DNA from: Desulfotalea psychrophila LSv54
Lineage (GTDB): Bacteria > Desulfobacterota > Desulfobulbia > Desulfobulbales > Desulfocapsaceae
Direction: 5' to 3'
Length of the DNA: 32,000 bases
Assembly (NCBI RefSeq): GCF_000025945.1
Contig: NC_006138.1
Span: 2,160,001 to 2,192,000, forward strand
In this document: in pieces, positions 26,501 to 32,000 of the stretch
Layout: every line of letters starts with the position of its first letter
Position numbering within the stretch: the first letter of the stretch is position 1
Notes under the pieces: generated by a model
The model's database searches: none
What the model saw: the letters and a program-made list of their open reading frames with translations, nothing else
Told to the model about the DNA's origin: nothing
Translations under genes and position numbers: made by a program

Positions 26501-26594
26501 TATGGCTCATTCTCTTGGCATTAGGGAGTTTGCTCTTAAGCCCCTGACCAAGGCCACCCTGGCTAATCTTCTCTCTGGAGTGCTCAACGCTTAG
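23538..26594 (+). CDS. Hybrid sensor histidine kinase/response regulator, paralog 3
   Basis: 1018-aa ORF starting MNFVL..., with the same domain order and motifs as paralogs 1 and 2. Confidence 0.9.
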   Translation: MNFVLRSLLKSNFPLFYCCLLSVLLLSVLPLFAESPQKELHSRQVLIIQSGYEGYLWTESLNRGIQDVFSSAPEATNFFFEYIDTKRNHGGTYFADLRNFWEIKYRNQQIDLIITCDTPAYELLLKNRSSLFKDIPLVFTGVNRFNPTSLKGKKLITGIVEENDFKATVDIALQLHPKIKKLVFIIPGAQSYRLQWVKDLPARYREEVEQVIITGKELGEIDREFDALGPNIIAILLSSVVPIDGIYIPYQQLVPHLAKNRPFPFYTLWDSTLGQGIVGGKLISGEWQGREAAKLALKILQGTPVSELPVIERGSNRYMFDWQQLQRFNIDLSDLPAEAVVINRPISFYAQNKRLVQMTLTCIFILVILVISLATALIRLKKVESKVLLSDEILEQMPEAIVLIGMDGNIEKWLGRAEDIFGYSESECLGRPFAFDQSFEVRTAITGQIEKAIEKKGSFVGETSCLRKDGSLVPIEVTSTRAFSRSGIAMGTISILQDITERRQAKESLRASESRFRKMVAKSPMPTMINGQNQEIVFVNDKLTELFGYRLEDIDTEKKWWESAYPDANYRKRVKNTWDLAIKRAIVDDRDIEVQEWDLTTRDGSVHRCEFYMVPIEELSLVIVNDISPRVREASEKSRLELQLQQAQKMEAIGTLAGGIAHDFNNILAVILGYAELAKDEAPANSVIEKDLDQVIVGGNRAKELVKQILAFSRQEKVERLPMKVQVLLKETMRMLRPSLPSTIEIQTEIDPLCGFILADPTQVHQIIMNICTNANHAMDKSGGRLNIELKRISIDEENEHSSLRSGDYVVLVVADTGEGIAPNNIGKIFEPYFTTKEIGKGTGMGLATIHGIIREYGGRIDVVSVLGHGSAFSVYFPVITAVETIENTVLEETPQGRGRILLVDDEELLLTVGKKVLERLGYRVTTKSSSLEALAIFKERPNAFDAIITDQTMPDMVGSDLAQEILKIRADIPIILCTGYSDQFDTDMAHSLGIREFALKPLTKATLANLLSGVLNA

Positions 26595-26635
26595 CTGCAA
26601 TGAGCTGGCTCTAGCCTGAACTTGTGGCAATTCAG

Positions 26636-26670
26636 GGGTGAGTCTTTTAACAAGAGACTCACCCTCTTTT
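26636..26670 (+). terminator. Rho-independent terminator between convergent kinase 3 and miaB
   Basis: GGGTGAGTCT (26636-26645), a 9-nt loop, then AGACTCACCC (26655-26664), followed by tctttt (26665-26670). This is a perfect 10-bp stem plus a U-rich tail on the + strand. Confidence 0.75.
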
Positions 26671-26683
26671 AATGCAGTGGAAG

Positions 26684-28027
26684 CTATTCTTCTACGATGC
26701 TACCGCGCAGGGAGTGCTGGCCTGCGGCTGTGACATGGGCCATCAGGAAATCCCCTGGCTTTTTATTGGTAAGACCAATGGCATGAACTATGTGGTTGGT
26801 GCCCATGCGTCCCTTGATTTCGCCATCACGGAGCTCTTCGATCAGTACCTCCTGGGTGGTGCCGATGTACTCTTGATTACGTTCCAGACCAATTTCATCC
26901 TGACGGGCTTGAAAGCGGGCAAGGCGGGCAGACTTGACTGACTCGTCTACCTTGTTGGTGAGCTCATTGGCCTTGGTTCCTGGGCGATCGGAATACTTAA
27001 AGGAGAAGGAGCCATGGTAGCGTACTGTTTCAAGCATCTTCATGGTCTCTTCAAATTCTTCGTCGGTCTCACCTGGAAAGCCGACAATGATATCGGTGGT
27101 AATGGCAATCTCTGGGCAGTTTTCGCGAAGCTGTGTCACAAGATCCAGATAGCTCTCCACCGTATACTTTCGCCCCATCTCTTTTAAAACCTTATTGGAT
27201 CCAGCCTGTACCGGTAGATGAAACTGGGGACAGAGGACATCAAGATCCTTAAAGCACTGCATGAGATCATTGGAGAGATCTTTGGGGTTTGAGGTGGTAA
27301 AACGAAGGCGTTTTAAGCCCTCAACGGCAGCTACCTGACGAAGCAGATCTGAGAAGGTGGCTGGGGTGTCGTCTTCGGTTACCGTGTTGGTTTGGGCATA
27401 GGAGTTTACATTCTGGCCAAGGAGGGTGATTTCCTTGATGCCGCTCTTCACCAGAACTGTTATCTCTTCAACGATATCTTTTATACTACGGGAAACTTCT
27501 CGGCCACGGGTGTAGGGGACAACACAGTAGGTGCAGAAATTATTGCAGCCCTGCATAATGGTAACGAATTTGCGAAATTCGCCCTCATGCTCTTTACCCG
27601 TGGTCTCAGGAATAAATTGAGGGATGACATATTTGTCATCGAGGTTAGTGGCAGTAATGGGGCCCTCTGTGCGTGATCTTTCCAATAGCTCATTAATAGC
27701 ATAAATATACTGGGTACCGATAACCAAATCTACATGGGGCATCTTCGCCTGAATTTGCTTTCCCTCTTGCTGAGCGACACAACCGGCAACGCAGATCTGC
27801 ATACGAGGATTGATCTTTTTATTGCGACGGAGTTCTCCCAGTTTACTCATGACCTTTTGTTCGGCCTTAGCCCGGATAGAACAGGTGTTAAGTAGAACCA
27901 AATCTGCCCCGCCAATTTCCGAGGTTTCTACATACCCGTTATTATTCAAAATTTGAGCAATGATTTCAGAATCACGCAGGTTCATCTGACAACCGTATGT
28001 TTTTATAAAAAATGATCTTTGTTCCAT
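26684..28027 (-). CDS. miaB: tRNA-2-methylthio-N6-dimethylallyladenosine synthase (radical-SAM methylthiotransferase)
   Basis: 447-aa ORF. It has the UPF0004 N-terminal domain (FIKTYGCQMN ... LNTCSIR ... VAGCVAQ), the radical-SAM cluster motif CNNFCTYCVVPYTRG and a C-terminal TRAM-like region. Confidence 0.9.
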   Translation of the reverse strand: MEQRSFFIKTYGCQMNLRDSEIIAQILNNNGYVETSEIGGADLVLLNTCSIRAKAEQKVMSKLGELRRNKKINPRMQICVAGCVAQQEGKQIQAKMPHVDLVIGTQYIYAINELLERSRTEGPITATNLDDKYVIPQFIPETTGKEHEGEFRKFVTIMQGCNNFCTYCVVPYTRGREVSRSIKDIVEEITVLVKSGIKEITLLGQNVNSYAQTNTVTEDDTPATFSDLLRQVAAVEGLKRLRFTTSNPKDLSNDLMQCFKDLDVLCPQFHLPVQAGSNKVLKEMGRKYTVESYLDLVTQLRENCPEIAITTDIIVGFPGETDEEFEETMKMLETVRYHGSFSFKYSDRPGTKANELTNKVDESVKSARLARFQARQDEIGLERNQEYIGTTQEVLIEELRDGEIKGRMGTNHIVHAIGLTNKKPGDFLMAHVTAAGQHSLRGSIVEE

Positions 28028-28050
28028 AATATATGACCTGACTAGCGGGT

Positions 28051-28284
28051 TTAATTTTCTTTTGTGAAGTGTGAAAGCAGAGGATTGAGCCTTGGGGCAA
28101 GTTCGGTGAGTATGGCGAAGACGTCGGCTCGTAACTCTTCCGGATATCGAAGTCGAACAATACCAGCCTTCCCATCTTCACTAGAAAGAACAGCAAGGTT
28201 GTCATAGCCCTCTAATATAAATTTGAGAAAATGAAATTGAGAAGGGGTTATACGCAGGTAGGTACTTTCTAGATTTGTGTTCAT
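28051..28284 (-). CDS. Small conserved hypothetical protein, DUF4911-like
   Basis: 77-aa ORF lying between purB and miaB on the same strand. The segment FLKFILEGYDNLAVLSS...GIVRL resembles DUF4911 proteins as I recall them. This needs an HMM check. Confidence 0.5.
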   Translation of the reverse strand: MNTNLESTYLRITPSQFHFLKFILEGYDNLAVLSSEDGKAGIVRLRYPEELRADVFAILTELAPRLNPLLSHFTKEN

Positions 28285-28424
28285 TTCCTTGTCTGTTTCC
28301 AGTACTGCCTTGGCAGTGTTGGTTATAAATGGGTGGCTTAAATGCCAATTTTTTCAAACCACCCTAAGCTAAATGCCTGTATAAGTGCTTATGCTCTCCC
28401 TTCGATATGGAGGGAGAGTAGGGC

Positions 28425-29873
28425 CTATACGGAGAGAGAGCTATCTATTTCGCCCATATACTCACTGTTCTTTTGTAAGAGGGGATTGATAACTTCAGTC
28501 AGGTAATCCGTTGTTTGTGCCGAGGCACGACCGGTAAACTGTGTATAGTCAGTAATCATTGCCAAAAGACTGTCAAGATCAAAGGGAATGCGATCATCTT
28601 CAGCCAGGCGGTTGAGGAGATCATTATCCAGACCCTCTTCCTTTACGACCTTGCCGGCTGCCAAAGAGTGTTCTTTGATAAGTTCATGCATGTCTTGACG
28701 ATTTTCACCCTTCTCCACGGCTTCCATTAAAATTTTCTCGGTGGACATAAAGGGTAGTTCGGCTCGAAGATGTTTTTCGATCTGTTTTGGAAAAACAACC
28801 ATATCAGAGCTGATATTAATAAAGAGCTTGAGTATGGCATCGGTTAAGAGAAAGCATTGAGGAATATCCATGCGACGAATAGCGGAATCATCAAGGGTAC
28901 GTTCAAACCACTGATTGGCATAGGTGGCTGCAAAATTTTGTGGCAGATTCATCAGCTTACGGGCAAGTCCTGTCATACGCTCGGAACGCATGGGGTTTCT
29001 CTTGTAGGCCATGGCTGAAGATCCGGTCTGGTTCTTGGCAAAGGGCTCTTCCTGTACCTTTAAATTTGACAGTAGACGGAGGTCTACGGCAAATTTATGG
29101 GCGGTTGAACCGATTCCTGCCAGGGTCTCTGCCAGTTTCATATCATGCTTTCTGGTGTATGTTTGGCCGGTTACATCAAAGGTAGAGGAAAAGCCGAGTT
29201 TCTTTGCCACTAACTCGTCAAGGGCACGTACCTTGGCGTGATCTCCCTTAAAGAGGTCAAGGAAGGTCGCCTGGGTACCAACGGTTCCCTTGGCTCCACG
29301 GGCCTTGATGTTGTCGAGCAAGAAATCAAGGTAGTTTAGATCCATCACCAGGTCTTGAAGAATCAGGGTATTTCTTTTGCCCACTGTGGTAGGTTGAGCA
29401 GGCTGGTAGTGAGTGAAGCCCAAGGTTGCCAGATCTTTATGCTCGTCGCAAAATTCTGCCATATTGCTGATAACCTGAAGAAGGGCTTTTTTGGCGAGGA
29501 GCAGGCCCTCGCGCTGAACAATAAGATCGGTATTACAGACAACAAACTGCGAGGTTGCACCCAGGTGAATGATGCCCGCCGCGGTGGGGCACTTGAGGCC
29601 ATATTCATAGACATGGGCCATAACATCATGGCGAATTTCTTTTTCTTTTTGAGCGGCAATATCGTAGTCAATATTGTTCACATTTGCCTTGAGCTCGGCA
29701 ATCATTTCCGGAGTAACGATATCGGTGAGGCCAAGTTCGTATTGAGCCTCGGCAAGAGCGACCCAACATTTTCTCCAGGTAGTAAATTTCTTTTCCGCTG
29801 AAAAAAGGTACTGCATTTCAGGGCTGGTATATCGACTCACCAGGGGCTCTTGGTATGTTGTTGTCTGTGACAT
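28425..29873 (-). CDS. purB: Adenylosuccinate lyase
   Basis: Fumarate-lyase superfamily signature GSSAMAYKRNP, with PurB-type N-terminus PLVSRYTSPEM. I prefer the ATG at 29873 (MSQTT..., GGAGAAAATC upstream) over the longer track ORF that starts at 29921. Confidence 0.9.
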   Translation of the reverse strand: MSQTTTYQEPLVSRYTSPEMQYLFSAEKKFTTWRKCWVALAEAQYELGLTDIVTPEMIAELKANVNNIDYDIAAQKEKEIRHDVMAHVYEYGLKCPTAAGIIHLGATSQFVVCNTDLIVQREGLLLAKKALLQVISNMAEFCDEHKDLATLGFTHYQPAQPTTVGKRNTLILQDLVMDLNYLDFLLDNIKARGAKGTVGTQATFLDLFKGDHAKVRALDELVAKKLGFSSTFDVTGQTYTRKHDMKLAETLAGIGSTAHKFAVDLRLLSNLKVQEEPFAKNQTGSSAMAYKRNPMRSERMTGLARKLMNLPQNFAATYANQWFERTLDDSAIRRMDIPQCFLLTDAILKLFINISSDMVVFPKQIEKHLRAELPFMSTEKILMEAVEKGENRQDMHELIKEHSLAAGKVVKEEGLDNDLLNRLAEDDRIPFDLDSLLAMITDYTQFTGRASAQTTDYLTEVINPLLQKNSEYMGEIDSSLSV

Positions 29874-30051
29874 GATTTTCTCCGAGAATAATTTCAATAT
29901 GTTCAATAGAAAAGGGGACACCGTTTTTGCGAAACACCTTATAGCATTTTTTTACTGAAAGTGCAGTGACCTTATTGGAGCTTTTTTTAAGAATCCCTGT
30001 CTAAAAAAAAAATTGCCCTTCTGAGCAAAACAGAGCGAATCACATTAATTG

Positions 30052-31710
30052 TTATAAGATATCGAGGATACGAGCCTGCCAGCTGACCCTCTCTTTAAAA
30101 CGATTAATGGTAGGAGTAAAAATTATTTTCACCGTTGAGCCGGCAATGACGTTCCGTCCCTTTTCACCAAGGTTAAAGCCGATGGCCTTTATATTGTCGC
30201 CGTATTTCCCTCTGATTGTCAGCTGCAGATGCTCTTTACTCTGACCTACGGGTCTTGCTGCGACGATAAGGGCGTGGGCATCATAAAATGTTGGTTGAGG
30301 ATTTCCTGGACCGAATGGTTCCATTTTTTGGTAGAGGGCTAAGCTGTCCGGGTTGAAAACCTGCTCAACGGAGGCGTCAAGCTCATATCTGCTTTCCTGC
30401 TTAATCTCCTTCACCTCTGCCCTCTGTAGATTCTCTACAAATGCCGACCTGAAGGCGGCAAAATTGAGCGGGGACATGCTCATGCCGGCGGCCATTTTAT
30501 GACCACCAAATTTTTTTAACAGAAAAGAGGTCTCGGTTATTACATCGAGAATATTAATTTCCTCGATGGAGCGGGCTGAACCCTTAAGGTCGCCATCCGC
30601 AGCCCGAGAAAAAACTATTGCCGGTAGATGAAAACGATCCACCAGCCTGGATGCCAGTATCCCTAAAATTCCTTCAAAAAAGTCACCCTCAACAATAATG
30701 CAAGCATCTGCCTTGATCGTCTCTATATGGAGAAGTGTCTCTATCTCAGCCATATTTTCTTTACAGAGTAACTTCCTGTCGTTGTTGAGCTTGGTCAGCG
30801 TTTTGGCAATTTTATAGGCCGGTTCTGCCTCTTTACTTGTCAATAACTCTACAACTTGATGGGCCACACCATACCTGCCCGCGGCATTGACCTTGGGTGC
30901 CAGATTAAAGCCGATATCATCTGAGGTTACCGAGCCATCGGCAATGTCAGATGACTCTAGCAATGCCTGTAGGCCAATAAATTCTGTGCGGGCAAATGAC
31001 TCTACCCCGGCCTTAACCAGGAGCCGATTTACAGGGGTGAGGGGGACAACATCGGCCAGGGTGCCAAAGGCGACAAAGCCGAGAAAGGATTTTAAATTTG
31101 GCGTAGATTGGCTGTATTTGCCATTCAGCTCACCTGAGACAAGGGCATTGCGAACACCTGCAACCAGATAGAAGGCAACCCCAACCCCTGCCAGAGATGT
31201 CCCATAAAAGGGGCATTTTTCGTTACTGGGATTTAATACTGTACAGTTGGGAACTCTTTTGGGTAGTTGGTGGTGATCGGTGACAATTACTCTGCCGCCC
31301 CTCTTCTTTATGGCCTCTATTTCAGTAGCGTTAGAGATACCGCAATCTACGGTAATGAGAAGAAAGTGCTCCTCCGCCCAAGGAAGATTTTGAAAATAGG
31401 TAAGGTTTAGACCGTAGCCCTCGGTAAGCCTACTGGGGATATGCCAGTAGACCTTAACGTCTATCCTCTCAAAAAAATTTACCAGAATCGAGGTCCCCGT
31501 CGTGCCATCGACATCATAGTCACCCCAGATAAGAATGGGCAGACCTTCATCTATGGCCCGGAGAACTTCTGCCACGGCCTCCTTCATGCCCAGCATGGTA
31601 AAAGGGTGTGGCAGAGAGGAGAGCCGGGGGGAGAGAAATTCTTCTATTGCCTGCGCCTCTTGGTATCCTCGCAGAGAGAGGATCTGTTCGATTGGATTTT
31701 TTCTGGACAC
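30052..31710 (-). CDS. recJ: Single-stranded-DNA-specific exonuclease RecJ
   Basis: 552-aa ORF with DHH-family motifs GDYDVDGTTG, TVDCGIS and VTDHHQ, a DHHA1 region (GGHKMAAG) and a C-terminal OB-like region. The GTG start at 31710 is preceded by AGGAGA, which overlaps the miaA stop. Confidence 0.9.
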   Translation of the reverse strand: MSRKNPIEQILSLRGYQEAQAIEEFLSPRLSSLPHPFTMLGMKEAVAEVLRAIDEGLPILIWGDYDVDGTTGTSILVNFFERIDVKVYWHIPSRLTEGYGLNLTYFQNLPWAEEHFLLITVDCGISNATEIEAIKKRGGRVIVTDHHQLPKRVPNCTVLNPSNEKCPFYGTSLAGVGVAFYLVAGVRNALVSGELNGKYSQSTPNLKSFLGFVAFGTLADVVPLTPVNRLLVKAGVESFARTEFIGLQALLESSDIADGSVTSDDIGFNLAPKVNAAGRYGVAHQVVELLTSKEAEPAYKIAKTLTKLNNDRKLLCKENMAEIETLLHIETIKADACIIVEGDFFEGILGILASRLVDRFHLPAIVFSRAADGDLKGSARSIEEINILDVITETSFLLKKFGGHKMAAGMSMSPLNFAAFRSAFVENLQRAEVKEIKQESRYELDASVEQVFNPDSLALYQKMEPFGPGNPQPTFYDAHALIVAARPVGQSKEHLQLTIRGKYGDNIKAIGFNLGEKGRNVIAGSTVKIIFTPTINRFKERVSWQARILDIL

Positions 31711-31719
31711 CGCGTTCTC

Positions 31720-32000
31720 CTAGAGATTTTTACTTAACTGGTCTTCAAGCCACTGCCCTACCCTATCTACAATTTCAGCTTTACTCTCTTTTTGATACCA
31801 GTGTAGATCTTCATCTTTATTAAACCAGGTGTACTGTCGCTTTGCGTATCTTCTTGTGTCCCGAGCCAGGAGGGTCTTCATCTCTTCAAATTCCCAGTCA
31901 CCAAAGATAAAATTAGCCATATGCTTATATCCAATGGAACCCATGGATCTGAGTTCCCGGGAGTAACCCATATCAAGAAGTCCTCTTACCTCTTCTTCTA
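31720..32000 (-). CDS. miaA: tRNA dimethylallyltransferase, C-terminal part (gene continues beyond the window)
   Basis: The frame is open to the window edge (..EEEVRGLLDMGYSREL..). The motifs SIGYKHM and TRRYAKRQYTWF are characteristic of the MiaA C-terminus. Confidence 0.8.
   Translation of the reverse strand, partial: EEEVRGLLDMGYSRELRSMGSIGYKHMANFIFGDWEFEEMKTLLARDTRRYAKRQYTWFNKDEDLHWYQKESKAEIVDRVGQWLEDQLSKNL

Noticed and set aside
26672-28205. ORFs 26672-26941(+), 27392-27676(+), 27481-27702(-) and 27972-28205(-)
   Set aside because: They overlap miaB or the DUF4911 gene in antisense or alternative frames and have no motifs.
28394-28418. Hairpin CTCTCCCT-9 nt-AGGGAGAG downstream of purB as an intrinsic terminator
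   Set aside because: It is a perfect 8-bp stem, but no U-tract follows on the transcribed (minus) strand. It is noted only as a possible processing or attenuation structure.

Overview
Chromosomal window from a moderately AT-rich genome. Gene content (YeeE-type sulfur transporters, DUF4911, hybrid kinases with periplasmic solute-binding-like domains) tentatively suggests a Desulfobulbales-like deltaproteobacterium; this is inference only. Housekeeping blocks: kefF-kefC K+ efflux (1.5-4.0 kb), a convergent GH18-like gene and mmsA plus a GntR regulator (4.3-7.6 kb), a ygeA-like racemase, a split YeeE/YedE pair, a cyclase-family gene (12-16.4 kb), and a minus-strand cluster miaB-DUF4911-purB-recJ-miaA (26.7-32 kb). 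Three things stand out. (1) A translationally coupled SIR2-like + HerA-like ATPase pair (8263-11270) matches the SIR2-HerA NAD+-depleting anti-phage architecture. It sits in an AT-rich islet with a decayed gene downstream and repeat modules on both sides. The family is already described, so only this instance and lineage would be new. (2) Three tandem ~1020-aa paralogous hybrid sensor kinase/response regulators (16.7-26.6 kb), each with the same conserved promoter-like box and translation-initiation block. (3) A purine-rich mosaic family of short sequence words fills almost every long intergenic region, alongside stem-flanked minisatellites and a compound tandem array. I cannot assign these repeats to any family I know. 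No rRNA, tRNA, CRISPR array, integrase or intact transposase was recognised. All domain calls rest on motif recognition by eye and need HMM or BLAST confirmation.
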